From Candidatus Poribacteria bacterium (GTDB lineage Bacteria; Poribacteria; WGA-4E; WGA-3G), in the NCBI GenBank assembly GCA_965198235.1, contig OZ240248.1, positions 1,440,001 to 1,504,000 of the forward strand: 64,000 nt of DNA, given 5' to 3'. Of this stretch, positions 1 through 10,850 are shown one piece after another. A program made the translations under genes and the position numbers. How positions within the stretch are numbered: position 1 is the stretch's first letter; each line of letters opens with the position of its first letter. The notes beneath the pieces are model-generated. The model did no database searches. It saw nothing but the letters and a program-made list of their open reading frames with translations, and was not told where the DNA came from.

Positions 1-1146
1 TCACGCGAACTTGCCCTGCCAGCTGGATCCGAAAAACCAGAAGCGGTTTTTCTGCACCCGGGCGAACCAATTTTTGACGCGATCCGCAACCGCTTTTTGG
101 AAAAATTCAACGCCGAAGGCGAGCGCGGTGCAGTCTATTTCGATCCGCAAGCGGATCAACCGTATATCTTCTATTTGGCAAGAGTCCCTGTCGTGCGAAA
201 AACCGATAATGCTTCTCACCTTCTTGAGGAGATGCTTGTCGGAATTAAACGCTTTTCGGATGGACACTATGAAGAAACACCTGCACATCTTTTGTTGACT
301 CTAACACCACGAACAGTACAACAGAGCATACCAACGGCTCTGTCCGCTGAATGGATTAACCTCGCTGAAGAAACACAATCTGTTAAAAATTTCATCTGTG
401 AAAACTTCGGAAACCCGAAACTTTTCCACATCCGCGAGGAACTTCAGTCCGAAGTCGAAAACAGGAGAAGACACATCCAAATTTCATCTAATTTGCGAAA
501 GTCGGAACTTCTTGAACAACGACGTAACCTCAAAGATGCTGTTGCCAAAAGGGTACCTGCGGCACAGACGAAACTGAACAACTGTGAACACGAACTCGAA
601 GCACTCCCAACCAAACGCAAGGAAGCAGAAGCGAGTCTCATTGAGGAAATCGGAAACACCCAATTAGGTCCTGTAACTGTCTATGTTAGTGCTTTTGTTA
701 CCCTACCTCTATATGAGGAAATTCCGACAAAGATACTACGAGATGCCGAGGCAATCGCGATTAAGACTGCTATAGAATATGAAAGTAGGCATGGTGCTGA
801 GGTCAGAGATGTCTCTAATCCAAATCTCAAAAAGGGGTTTGATCTGGAATCCAGACACCCAACCGGTGAGGTGCGTTACATTGAAGTCAAAGGGCGGACA
901 GGGGTTACAAGCGTTGAGTTGACCGCAAATGAATGGCGACAAGCCGCGAATCACCGAGACCGCTACTGGCTCTATGTCGTCTATCATTGTGATACTGCTG
1001 AACCGCAGCTATACCGATGCCGAGATCCCTTTGGCCCCCTGATCGCAAAAGCCACAGGCAGCATACGGATCAATGCCGGGGACATCATGAAAAACTCAGA
1101 CACAGAGGCATTCAATTCAAACGTCAATCCAGCCATAAGGGGGTAG
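1..1146 (+). CDS. 3' part of a probable SNF2-type helicase gene with C-terminal DUF3883 (PD-(D/E)xK-like nuclease) domain; 5' end outside window
   Basis: Frame is open from base 1 (SRELALPAGSEKPEAVFLHPGEPIFD...). Coiled-coil region, then DUF3883-like motif GFDLESR...YIEVKGR...LTANEW...YWLYVV. The helicase part is inferred from the DUF1156/DUF499 neighbours. Confidence 0.75.
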   Translation, partial: SRELALPAGSEKPEAVFLHPGEPIFDAIRNRFLEKFNAEGERGAVYFDPQADQPYIFYLARVPVVRKTDNASHLLEEMLVGIKRFSDGHYEETPAHLLLTLTPRTVQQSIPTALSAEWINLAEETQSVKNFICENFGNPKLFHIREELQSEVENRRRHIQISSNLRKSELLEQRRNLKDAVAKRVPAAQTKLNNCEHELEALPTKRKEAEASLIEEIGNTQLGPVTVYVSAFVTLPLYEEIPTKILRDAEAIAIKTAIEYESRHGAEVRDVSNPNLKKGFDLESRHPTGEVRYIEVKGRTGVTSVELTANEWRQAANHRDRYWLYVVYHCDTAEPQLYRCRDPFGPLIAKATGSIRINAGDIMKNSDTEAFNSNVNPAIRG

Positions 1147-1151
1147 ATTAA

Positions 1152-2414
1152 ATGTTTCTCAAATCAATCCATTTGAACAATGTCAAATGTTTTTCTGACA
1201 TTGCTTTATCATTTGAAAACGAGAATGGCGACATCCGCAAGCGGACCCTCTTACTGGCTGAAAACGGCATGGGGAAGAGTACGCTTCTGAAAGCTATCGC
1301 CTTGGTAACTGGGGGTAGTGACGCGATAGCCGATCTGTTGGAGGAACCTTCCGACTGGATCCGGTACAAAACGCAGAGGTGTGAAATCTCAGCCGTTTTG
1401 GTTACAACGGAAGGAAAAGAACGCGAGATTCGCCTACGGATCGCGCCCAAAGATACCCGCGCCGATGTCATTGTGAAGAACAAACACAGTCTCGCGTGGT
1501 TTGATGACGCGCTAAACCAGAAAAAGAGAGACTATTTTGTTCTCGGTTTCGGCGCGTCCCGACATCTCAATACAGTCAAGGGTCGGAGAACAAACACATC
1601 AGTGTTTACAAACAAAAGAGCCCAGAGCGTTGCTACCCTGTTTGATCCCGACGCAGCCACTACGCCGCTTGATTCATGGGCAATGGACCTTGACTACCTT
1701 GAAAACCGCACTGGGTTAGAAACCGTCCGAAAAGTACTCAGTAACTTGCTACCGGGTATAAAGTTTCACGGCATTGATAAACAGAGAGGCCACTTGTTGT
1801 TTGATACTCCAGATGGCATTGTGCCGTTACACTGTCTCAGTGATGGCTATCTTGCGATGGCGGCTTGGATAGGGGACCTCTTATTCCGAGTTTTAGAGAA
1901 CTTTGGTGACTTAGACGGACAAACTCTTACTGCAAAGGGGCTACTTCTCATTGATGAAGTCGACCTGCATCTCCATCCAAAGCGGCAACGCGAGCTATTC
2001 GCGTTCCTTGATGAATGGCTGCCGAATTTTCAATTCGTTGCAACAACGCACTCGCCCATGGCCGCCCAACAGGCAAATGAAGGAGAACTTCACTGTTTGA
2101 TGCGCGAAAGGGGGAAAATTCACCTCTATCCATTTTCCGGTGCCCCCAACATGCTCCTCTTACACCAACTGCTAATGTCACCCGCGTTTGGGTTAGATAC
2201 CGATGCGTCGAAAGAGGTTGAGGATATGAAGAATCGATACCGCCACCTCCGCGACAAAGCGGATCTGTCGTCTAAGGAGCAAGAGGAGCTGAACCATCTG
2301 AAAGCGGCCCTAGCGGAACTCCCGACTGGCGGCAGGTCAAATATGAAACTAGCCGAGGAACACACGGAGCTTTTGCGGAAAATAGAGAAAGAGTTGCAGG
2401 AGGGCAAGTTGTGA
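1152..2414 (+). CDS. ABC/SMC-like ATPase (AAA_15/AAA_21 type, PtuA-like)
   Basis: Walker A AENGMGKS, signature LSDGY, Walker B/D-loop LLLIDEVDLHLHP, H-loop TTHSP. Confidence 0.85.
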   Translation: MFLKSIHLNNVKCFSDIALSFENENGDIRKRTLLLAENGMGKSTLLKAIALVTGGSDAIADLLEEPSDWIRYKTQRCEISAVLVTTEGKEREIRLRIAPKDTRADVIVKNKHSLAWFDDALNQKKRDYFVLGFGASRHLNTVKGRRTNTSVFTNKRAQSVATLFDPDAATTPLDSWAMDLDYLENRTGLETVRKVLSNLLPGIKFHGIDKQRGHLLFDTPDGIVPLHCLSDGYLAMAAWIGDLLFRVLENFGDLDGQTLTAKGLLLIDEVDLHLHPKRQRELFAFLDEWLPNFQFVATTHSPMAAQQANEGELHCLMRERGKIHLYPFSGAPNMLLLHQLLMSPAFGLDTDASKEVEDMKNRYRHLRDKADLSSKEQEELNHLKAALAELPTGGRSNMKLAEEHTELLRKIEKELQEGKL

Positions 2415-3289
2415 TACGCCTAAAAAGGATTCGTTCGGAAAATGTCATCCATCACAACTTTTACGGCAAAAGAAAACAGGCATTTGAAAAGGAATTATTG
2501 CTTAACCAGCGGCGTATCAGGCGCGGTAATATTGAAAAACACAATTTCAAAAGTGCTCGCTGGAAACCAGCGAAAGAACAACTTTTCGCTGAGACAGGTG
2601 GCAAATGTGCCTATTGTGAAGCACCAACTTCAGTGGTTGCCTTCGGGGATGTCGAGCATTATCGCCCCAAAAGCCTCTATTGGTGGCTCGCCTATTGCTA
2701 TGACAATTATCTTGCTTCGTGTCAGCTGTGTAATCAAAGATTCAAGAAAGATGTTTTCCCTATTCAAAATAGGAAGATGCCAGCCCCTGTAATTCGACGC
2801 AATACAACAAATGACTTTATAGAGGCTAAAGCAGGGCAGATTGCCCCTGACCCGCTGGATGCAGATCAGGTTGATGCCTTCATTCGGTTACATCAACAAG
2901 AACGTCCACTCCTGCTCAACCCTTATTTTGACGAGCCCGCTGAATACTTTGCATGGCACGCCGATGATGTGCTGAGAGAAGTAGAAATCACTGCTAACCG
3001 CGAAAGTCCCCGACTTGAAATTGTTGTTAACCCTGAGAATCCTGACCTTGAACCTATCGCGGCGGCATCTATCCAGTACTACGGCTTGAATCGCAAGGAA
3101 CTCAAAGCCCTAAGATACGATTTTTACCGTTCGTATAGTGTCTTTAGGATTACACTTGAAAATGACCGATCTCCTCCAGAAATTCGGAACGAGATCAGAA
3201 ACACTATAGAGAGAATGAAGTCACCAGGGGCACCATTTGCGGGTATGATTCGCTACTTCGACGCACCCTTTTCTGTCTCTGAACGTTAA
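2411..3289 (+). CDS. HNH endonuclease (PtuB-like) coupled to the ATPase
   Basis: CAYCE...DVEHYRPK...NYLASCQLCN zinc/HNH motif; LLLNPY and GLNR motifs; GTGA overlap with the upstream stop. Confidence 0.85.
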   Translation: MIRLKRIRSENVIHHNFYGKRKQAFEKELLLNQRRIRRGNIEKHNFKSARWKPAKEQLFAETGGKCAYCEAPTSVVAFGDVEHYRPKSLYWWLAYCYDNYLASCQLCNQRFKKDVFPIQNRKMPAPVIRRNTTNDFIEAKAGQIAPDPLDADQVDAFIRLHQQERPLLLNPYFDEPAEYFAWHADDVLREVEITANRESPRLEIVVNPENPDLEPIAAASIQYYGLNRKELKALRYDFYRSYSVFRITLENDRSPPEIRNEIRNTIERMKSPGAPFAGMIRYFDAPFSVSER

Positions 3290-3396
3290 AGTGTATGAGA
3301 CGAAATTTACAAAGGTTTTCAGTTTTCATCTATTTGTAAGAAAAATAACGTTTTTGTCAACAGATCTTGAGAATTTAGATCACAAAGGAAAACAAA

Positions 3397-6324
3397 TTGC
3401 CACGTAGACTCATCGAGGAAGCCTTTCCACTGAAAAAGGTCTCTGAAGACTCAAAACACGAAAAGAATGTACGCCACGGACATATCTCCACGCTTCACAT
3501 CTGGCCCGCACGCCGTCCACTCGCCGCGTGCCGTGCCGTGACAATAGCGACTTTGCTCCCAGATCCTGCAGATGCCTCCGAAAAAATGAAAGTGGAATAC
3601 ACACGCCTTTCTAGGTCGCCATTACCTGAAAAACAGCGGGAATATTTGTGTAACGACCTGATTGCTTCCTTAACGCGGTGGGGCGACGAAAATGGACAGG
3701 GTGATTGGGACGCGAAAGACCAGAAGGGACGATGGGTGAATAAACTCCGAATCGCCAGAGAACTTATTCTGATGGCTTATGATGGACATCCACCAAAAGT
3801 ACTGGATATGTTCGCAGGTGGGGGCTCGATTCCACTTGAAGCGATGCGCCTCGGTTGTGAAGTCACCGCAAGTGATTACAACCCTGTTGCGTGGTTCCTT
3901 CTCAAATGCACGCTTGAATATCCGCAGCGTCTCGCTGGAAAAACCACGCCACTCCCCGATCTCAATCTTGGTGAACGTCCTGATTTGCAAAAAGGCGATC
4001 TTGCTGATCATGTCCGTTTGTGGGGGCAGTGGGTCTTGGAAAATGCTCAAAAAGAACTTGCGCCCTACTATCCCGTGATTGACAGCAAGCCGACGGTCGC
4101 CTATCTCTGGGCACGAACCATTCCGTGTCAAGATCCAAAGTGTGGTGGAATAGTTCCATTGCTCAAAACACTGTGGGTCTCCAAGAAAGCGGAGAAAACC
4201 CTTAAGGACACGCCTGAAAACCGGGACCGCCCTGACTTCCTCTGGTTGAAAGAAACAAAGAATCAGACTAAAGTGGTCATCAATGGAAAACGTGCGATCA
4301 AGCTCTGCCCTGATTCCAAGACGAGGCGGGTTCGTTTTGAAATTTTCACTCCCGACAACGAAGACGATGTGGGCAAACCCACGATGTCACGAGCGACAGC
4401 AACTTGTCCATTTCCTGACTGTAGTTCACAGCAGCCTGATCATTACATCAAGCGATGTGGGCATGAAGGCAAACTCAAGGCACAGATGACAACAGTCGTT
4501 TATCAAGAGGAATACGGCAAGGAGTACCGCCCACCTACGCAGGAAGAGATTGATAAAGCCGAAATACCAGCAGTGGTGTTGGAAGCAATGGCTGATCAGA
4601 TTCCACACGGAATTCCTGATGAACCGATGCCCGGGCCTAAAACACTCGGATTTGTGGTTCCGCTCTACGGATTCAAGAAATGGTCAGATCTGTTCACAGA
4701 CAGGCAGTTGTTGGCGTTGATGACATTTGTGAAGTGGACCCAAGCAGCGCGATGTGAAATAAAGCGTAGCGTATATCCTTCGGAATGGATCAAGGCAATT
4801 GAGATGTATTTGGCCATTAACATTAATCGGCTAGCAGACTATGCTAGTACAATTTGTATCTGGGAGACTCATGCTAGTGAGGTAAAACATACCTTTGCAA
4901 GGTTTGCGCTTCCAATGACTTGGGATTTCGCAGAAGGGAACCCCTTATCGGACAAGACTAGATATTACAAAGGGGCAATTGAGTATGTTGGGCGTTTTCT
5001 CACGAAAACCTTGTCTGGATTGCGACCCAGGCAACTCGGTCTTGAGTTGCTCAATTTACCAGCACAAGTGCTGAGTAGCAGACCGATGAACACAATTATT
5101 ACAGATCCACCCTATTATGACGCTATTCCTTACGCAGATCTTTCCGATTTTTTTTACGTGTGGTTTCGTCGCTCAATTGGAGATCAATTCCCTGATGTTT
5201 TTGCCGAGGTACTCACACCAAAATCTGATGAGCTTGTCCAACATTCAGATCATTTTGACGGGGATAATAAAGCGGCGAAGGAGTTTTACGAATCTGGCAT
5301 GGCTGCCACTTTCCAGTCTGCCCACAACTCACTGATAGACAATGGACGAATCGTGATTGTCTTCGCCCACAAATCGCCGGAGGCATGGGAAACCCTTGTT
5401 AGGGCGATGATTGAATCGGGTTTGGTGGTTACGACATCTTGGCCTATTGATACGGAATTAAAGAATAGTACCAGTTCGCAAGGGAAGGCAGCTCTCGCTA
5501 CTTCGCTATGGCTCGTCTGCCGAAAGCGTCCTGCAAACGCAAAAAATGGGCGTTACAGTGAAGTCAAACGCTACATGCAGAAACGGATTACCGAACGCCT
5601 CCGCTATTTTTGGGACGCAGGGATTCGCGGGCCTGACTTCGTTTGGTCAGCAATCGGCCCCGCATTAGAGAGTTACTCCAGTTACAAGGGAGTCAGGCGG
5701 AATACAGGTGAACCTTTCACAGTGACAGAATTTCTCACTGATGTCCGGCGTATTGTAACCGATTTTGCCTTGGGTCAGATTCTGCACGGTGCAAGTACCG
5801 AGGCATTAGACGAATGGACCCGCTATTATCTGATGCACAAGGACTACTTCGGTACAGAAAACGCGCCCGTAGGTGAGTGTATTCTATTAGCGCAAGGATA
5901 CGGCGTATCGCTTGACGATTTGCGGGCAGTACAGACTGGCATTTTGAAGAAGGTTAGCTCCGGCAGTGCACTCAAGCTCCTTGGACACACCGAACGCACT
6001 TCGGATCGGATTGGTTATGCCCACACCTCTGGAAGAATTCCGATGATAGACATGATTCACAGAGTCATGAAACTCTGGGATGCGAACGAAAGTGCCTACA
6101 CCAACGCCTACTTCCACGAGCACGGACTAAAAGAAAACCCGCTTTTCAAGGCAGTCGTTCAGGCACTCATCGAAACAAGTCCCCAGGGTTCCAGTGAAAG
6201 ATCGCTCTTGGAGACGCTCATCGGTTATGAACCCGGCGAACCGGTCAGTGGCGTTTTGTTGCCAGGGCAGTCCAACTCAGAAGATGAAAGACAACTCACA
6301 TTTGAGGAACGTCTATCAGAATAG
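3397..6324 (+). CDS. DUF1156-family adenine-specific DNA methyltransferase
   Basis: N-terminal RRLIEEAFPL...LHIWPARRPLAACRA; SAM motif DMFAGGGSIPLEA; catalytic TDPPYYD; SD AAAGGA upstream of TTG. Confidence 0.9.
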   Translation: MPRRLIEEAFPLKKVSEDSKHEKNVRHGHISTLHIWPARRPLAACRAVTIATLLPDPADASEKMKVEYTRLSRSPLPEKQREYLCNDLIASLTRWGDENGQGDWDAKDQKGRWVNKLRIARELILMAYDGHPPKVLDMFAGGGSIPLEAMRLGCEVTASDYNPVAWFLLKCTLEYPQRLAGKTTPLPDLNLGERPDLQKGDLADHVRLWGQWVLENAQKELAPYYPVIDSKPTVAYLWARTIPCQDPKCGGIVPLLKTLWVSKKAEKTLKDTPENRDRPDFLWLKETKNQTKVVINGKRAIKLCPDSKTRRVRFEIFTPDNEDDVGKPTMSRATATCPFPDCSSQQPDHYIKRCGHEGKLKAQMTTVVYQEEYGKEYRPPTQEEIDKAEIPAVVLEAMADQIPHGIPDEPMPGPKTLGFVVPLYGFKKWSDLFTDRQLLALMTFVKWTQAARCEIKRSVYPSEWIKAIEMYLAININRLADYASTICIWETHASEVKHTFARFALPMTWDFAEGNPLSDKTRYYKGAIEYVGRFLTKTLSGLRPRQLGLELLNLPAQVLSSRPMNTIITDPPYYDAIPYADLSDFFYVWFRRSIGDQFPDVFAEVLTPKSDELVQHSDHFDGDNKAAKEFYESGMAATFQSAHNSLIDNGRIVIVFAHKSPEAWETLVRAMIESGLVVTTSWPIDTELKNSTSSQGKAALATSLWLVCRKRPANAKNGRYSEVKRYMQKRITERLRYFWDAGIRGPDFVWSAIGPALESYSSYKGVRRNTGEPFTVTEFLTDVRRIVTDFALGQILHGASTEALDEWTRYYLMHKDYFGTENAPVGECILLAQGYGVSLDDLRAVQTGILKKVSSGSALKLLGHTERTSDRIGYAHTSGRIPMIDMIHRVMKLWDANESAYTNAYFHEHGLKENPLFKAVVQALIETSPQGSSERSLLETLIGYEPGEPVSGVLLPGQSNSEDERQLTFEERLSE

Positions 6325-6487
6325 GCTTGACGCGATGCGTGCTTGATCGCAGGGACCAGGTCTCCTCGTCCGGTATTGAGTCACCCAGCAGTTTCGGAAA
6401 ACAAAACAATCCGCGAAATCTGCGTCCTCCGTGTCATTCCTGATAATCCGCGTTGTGATTCTCATAAAAATCATAGTTGATTTTCGA

Positions 6488-6517
6488 TTGACTTAGACGC
6501 GCAAATTGTGTTACACT
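6488..6517 (+). promoter_or_regulatory. sigma70-type promoter candidate
   Basis: TTGACT-N18-TACACT with TG upstream of the -10 box. Confidence 0.4.
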
Positions 6518-6627
6518 GCACTTTGTGGGAGGGATTTGTAACCTCGAAGTTTTGTATCGCAGCCGTGATTATCGCCCTAATTGCTCTATTCAGTGGATAA
6601 CCGTGAATTGTCCCAAATGATAATCCT

Positions 6628-6834
6628 ATGAGAAACCATCGACTCTATTTAAAACGCATCTTTGAGGCAATGGATGATATCCGAGCATTCATTGAAGGAA
6701 TGGACTGTGAGGCGTTTGCCGCAGACGATAAAACCGCTTCCGCTGCGGTCCTGAAGAACCAGCTCCCCTCGCTCCAACCGATTATTAAGCAAATTCTTAA
6801 AAACATGGAAAAGGAGCAGCATGATGGGTGCTAA
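6628..6834 (+). pseudogene. internally deleted DUF86/HepT-like RNase remnant
   Basis: DUF86-like N-terminus (RLYLKRIFEAMDDIRAFIEGM...DDKTASA) is fused directly to the C-terminal helix (LPSLQPIIKQIL); the central Rx4H region is absent. Confidence 0.6.
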
Positions 6835-9800
6835 CGCGTGGCACGACCACTGTATCTTAAGAGACGATGTCCGACAAGGCAAGCTTGAACCCGCGGAATT
6901 CGCAGCAGATCTCTACGCCGTGCGAACGGGAGATGCCCGTAAGGTCTATCGGATCCCCACTCTCTTTTTCGACCGCACCTACCCTACCCATAATCTCAAA
7001 ACGTTGGCGCGAGACGTTCTCCGACGGTTAGCCGGACAGGGCGGCAACCCTGTCATGACGCTTCAAGTCGCTTACGGTGGCGGAAAAACCCACTCGCTCA
7101 TCACGCTCTTGCATTTAGCAGAACACGGTCCTGAATTGCAAACGCATCCCACCGTGCAAGAATTTATGGCGTTCAGTGGTTTAGGGACGTTACCTCGGAC
7201 ACGCGTTGCTATCCTTCCGTTCGACGAATTTGATGTGAAAAAAGGGTTTTCGGTTGTAAGTCCGAACGGCAAACGAAAGCGGGTTCAAACGCCCTGGGGT
7301 GCCCTGGCATATCAACTCGCCGGCGATAAAGGACTCGCTATCGTTGCCGAGCATGAAGCCGATTATATTAACCCACAGGAACAGCCGCTTCGCGACTTGC
7401 TCAAAATCCCACAGGCGGAAGGGATGTCCACCCTCATCTTACTCGATGAAGCCCTCATGTATACGCGTGCCGCTGTCAATGATGATCCAAAGCGATTCGG
7501 AATTCTCCAAGATTTCTTCCAGGCACTTACACAGGCAGTTGAAAAGGTCAGTAATGCTTCAATCGTAGCAAGTCTCATTACCTCCGATATTATCGCCGAC
7601 GATCCAACCGGCGTTCGCGTCTTAAATATGTTGGAAGGGGTATTCCGTCGTTTAGAAGAAACCTTTGAACCTGTCTCACGAGAAGATATTTCAGAATTGC
7701 TCCGACGGCGACTGTTTGAATCTGTAGATCCTGAGAAAAAATGCCGTGCTATTGTGGACAGCATTATCGCAGCGAGACAGAGACTCTCGATGCGCGGAGC
7801 ACACACAGATCAGGATGCCTATGAAGGCCTCGTCAAATCCTATCCGTTTCACCCAGACCTCATTGAAGTCTTCTATCAAAAGTGGACGCAGCTGGATAAA
7901 TTTCAGGGGACGCGTGGCATGTTTCGGACATTCGCATTGATGCTGAGAGAAGCTGTCGAAAAAGACACGTCAGCGTTTATCGGACCCAATGCACTCCTCA
8001 CCACCGATACCGGACTGTCGGATGTTCTTCAAGAACTTGTTAGGGCGTGTGATGAAGGCACGCAGTGGACACCCATTCTCACCGGAGAACTCGAAAGAGC
8101 CCGCACCATTCAAAAAGATCTACCGTTGCTTACATCCCGCGAAATTGAAACCGCAGTCCTTTCCACCTTTTTGCATTCACAACCGTCTGGACATAAGGCA
8201 GAATTGGCAGATCTTCATCTCCTACTTGCACACGCAGACATTGATGCGATGTCGGTCGAAAAAGGACTTTCTGAGTGGCGAGATGCCTCTTGGTTTCTCA
8301 AAGAAAACGAGAATAGTTGGGCACTGGGGACGGCCTCCAATCTCACAAGAATGCACATCCGTGCAATGGCGAGAATCACCGAAGACCAAATTAACGAGAG
8401 TCTCGTGACACGAATAAAAGATGCCGCCCTCGGACGGAAAACAGATGAGGTTAAGGTCCACACGTTACCCCAGTCCCCTGCAGATGTTCCTGATACCCCC
8501 GAACTCCGCTTTGTGATTGCTGGTCCCGAATACGCAACGGTTCCCGGTGAGGATGTCTCGCCCGAACTCAAAGAATTTTTTCAAAGGACCTACCGGAACA
8601 ATGTCATCCTTCTTGTCCCCGAAAACGCACTATTGGCAGGATTGCGACAACGCATCCACAGAATCCTTGGATGGCAGAGCATTATTGAGAGTAAAGACGA
8701 GATGAGCCTCTTGAGTGAACAGCAGCCAGCACTCCTACAGGAACGTAAGCGAATAGATGAAACTGGTATTTTAGAGTCTGTCACATCGGCTTATAGCGTA
8801 CTAATTGCAATTGATGAGGATGGCGACATTGAAACGAGCTTGTTATCATCAGGTACAGAGTCGCCTTTTGAACGGATCAAAACCGCTCTGATCGCTGAAG
8901 ATAGATTGCTAACAACCTCGCTCGATCCAGACCTGCTCACCCCCGATAGTTTCTTTGATATATGGGGAGAGAACGAAACCGCCAAACCCATTCAAGGGCT
9001 CTATCAGATGTTTGCGAGCCTTCCCCGTCTCCCCCGATTGTTAAACCGGCAGGTGTTCATTGACACACTTCGACGCGGTGTTACAGAAGGTCAGATTGTG
9101 TTACGCACTGTGCGTCCAGACGGCTCTCAGCAGACTCACTGGCGCGAAGCACCCGCTACTGACGAGGATCTCTGGAAAAAGGAGTTAGAAACCGTTCCAA
9201 TTGAACACGCGGAACTCCACAATCTCAGTGCTGATTTATTAGCTCCGGGTCAATTGCCAGAGCTGTGGCAAGGCGATAATGTCCCGACAACAATAGGTGC
9301 AATTCGGGAATTCTTCAAGGGAGACGATGTTCCCAAACTCGCCTCTGATAACACTCTTTTCGACGCAATTCAATCTGCTGTTCAAAACGGCTTACTCATG
9401 GCGCGCCGCCAAGGTAAAGCCTATCTTAAAGAGAACATTCCTGACGCGGAGATAACCGACGATCTGGAATTGCTCGCGCCGCTACAATCTATCAGTGGCT
9501 CCGAACTCAGCCACAACAACCTGCCTGACGCATGGGAGAACGAAACGTCATCCGTCGGGAAGATAATGCACGCGTTAACTATACTCAAGGGCTCTCCAAT
9601 TCCGTGGTCATTGGTTGTTGATGCTGTCAACGAGGGACGCGATAAAAGGCTCTTTGAATTTATTGAGGGTAGTCCGCCGTGGCCCTGTGCTGTTGAAGAA
9701 GCCGATAAGGTCGGTTTAAAAGTATCCGAGGCACTTGTGAAAATAGCACCGAACGATCTCATCGGGAAAGATGCAAAAGCCGCGTGGGAATCTGGAAACC

Positions 9801-10171
9801 CTACACTTGGATTGATTAAAGAGACACTTGAATCCAATATAGGGGTTACTATATCTGATCATGTATTTCTCGAAGCCGCCAAAGGCGCAATTGAAAGTGG
9901 CTTAATCGTTTCGGACGGATCGTTAACCGACGACTTTTATCATGTTAAGGTCCGACAGGCAGCGTGGGTGGGCCATACTGAATCACCCCTTACGGAGATC
10001 GAAATTCAGGATTTGGCTGCAACAGTCGGTGACCTGATTGAAATCGCACCTGAACTCGACTTTCAGTTTCGCGTCACAATTACCGCCGAAGGGGAACCCC
10101 CATCCAGTGAGGTATTGGAAAAGATAAACGAGGCACTTCGCAAGGTCACGGATAAACTGAAGTTTGATTAG
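6821..10171 (+). CDS. DUF499-family AAA+ ATPase
   Basis: EFAADL motif, Walker A YGGGKTH, Walker B LILLDE, SYPFHP, FQGTRG; SD AAGGAG. Confidence 0.9.
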   Translation: MMGANAWHDHCILRDDVRQGKLEPAEFAADLYAVRTGDARKVYRIPTLFFDRTYPTHNLKTLARDVLRRLAGQGGNPVMTLQVAYGGGKTHSLITLLHLAEHGPELQTHPTVQEFMAFSGLGTLPRTRVAILPFDEFDVKKGFSVVSPNGKRKRVQTPWGALAYQLAGDKGLAIVAEHEADYINPQEQPLRDLLKIPQAEGMSTLILLDEALMYTRAAVNDDPKRFGILQDFFQALTQAVEKVSNASIVASLITSDIIADDPTGVRVLNMLEGVFRRLEETFEPVSREDISELLRRRLFESVDPEKKCRAIVDSIIAARQRLSMRGAHTDQDAYEGLVKSYPFHPDLIEVFYQKWTQLDKFQGTRGMFRTFALMLREAVEKDTSAFIGPNALLTTDTGLSDVLQELVRACDEGTQWTPILTGELERARTIQKDLPLLTSREIETAVLSTFLHSQPSGHKAELADLHLLLAHADIDAMSVEKGLSEWRDASWFLKENENSWALGTASNLTRMHIRAMARITEDQINESLVTRIKDAALGRKTDEVKVHTLPQSPADVPDTPELRFVIAGPEYATVPGEDVSPELKEFFQRTYRNNVILLVPENALLAGLRQRIHRILGWQSIIESKDEMSLLSEQQPALLQERKRIDETGILESVTSAYSVLIAIDEDGDIETSLLSSGTESPFERIKTALIAEDRLLTTSLDPDLLTPDSFFDIWGENETAKPIQGLYQMFASLPRLPRLLNRQVFIDTLRRGVTEGQIVLRTVRPDGSQQTHWREAPATDEDLWKKELETVPIEHAELHNLSADLLAPGQLPELWQGDNVPTTIGAIREFFKGDDVPKLASDNTLFDAIQSAVQNGLLMARRQGKAYLKENIPDAEITDDLELLAPLQSISGSELSHNNLPDAWENETSSVGKIMHALTILKGSPIPWSLVVDAVNEGRDKRLFEFIEGSPPWPCAVEEADKVGLKVSEALVKIAPNDLIGKDAKAAWESGNPTLGLIKETLESNIGVTISDHVFLEAAKGAIESGLIVSDGSLTDDFYHVKVRQAAWVGHTESPLTEIEIQDLAATVGDLIEIAPELDFQFRVTITAEGEPPSSEVLEKINEALRKVTDKLKFD

Positions 10172-10279
10172 GAAGATGTATTAATCCTATAGATATTCGA
10201 TTCGCGATTTCCTGTAAATTTCGTATTTTTTGAATAAAAGCAGCGTAGATTGGGTTAAAGTTAATATAGGAGGAAACAG

Positions 10280-10831
10280 ATGGCGAAGCAAAAAAAATTA
10301 AAAGGCATGAACAAGTATCAGAAAAAAGCACATCGCCGGCGTGAGGATCGGTTGCGAGGCAATGAGGTCGAATACTACCTCTCTCTCGCGTATTCTTCCA
10401 ATCCGGATGATCGCGTCGAGGCAATGGACAATCTCTGTCCCTGTCATGTTCGGAAAAGCATTGACAAAGTGTGGGTGGCACTCTACAAAGGCTTGGTCGA
10501 TCCCGATCTGCGCGTCCGCAAAGCCGCGTGGCACACACTCGAGGATGGCGGAAATCCGAACGATCCGAGACTGCAGCCGCTCCTTGAAAGAATCGCCAAA
10601 GAGGAGACCGATCAGAAACTCCGCCAAAATGCTCTTGACCTCATCGCCGCCACCCGAAACGTTGAGGAGCAGAAGGAAATGCTGTTGGGGCAGAAAGCAC
10701 ATACCTTTTCTGGACGATGCGATTGGTGTGGCGCGTCAAACGTGCCGGTTAGTTATGATTACGAGACCGAATTTGAAGCAAACGGCACCAAACGTTTCGC
10801 CTTAGTCTGTGAGGCGTGTGAAGCCGCATAG
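10280..10831 (+). CDS. HEAT-repeat protein with C-terminal zinc ribbon
   Basis: DPDLRVRKAAWHTL HEAT-like repeat; CDWC...CEAC; SD AGGAGG. Confidence 0.65.
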   Translation: MAKQKKLKGMNKYQKKAHRRREDRLRGNEVEYYLSLAYSSNPDDRVEAMDNLCPCHVRKSIDKVWVALYKGLVDPDLRVRKAAWHTLEDGGNPNDPRLQPLLERIAKEETDQKLRQNALDLIAATRNVEEQKEMLLGQKAHTFSGRCDWCGASNVPVSYDYETEFEANGTKRFALVCEACEAA

Positions 10832-10850
10832 CGGTTCGAGACTTGTTGGT

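Noticed and set aside
1152-3289. Retron (ATPase + HNH effector type)
   Set aside because: No reverse transcriptase and no room for msr-msd next to the pair in this window
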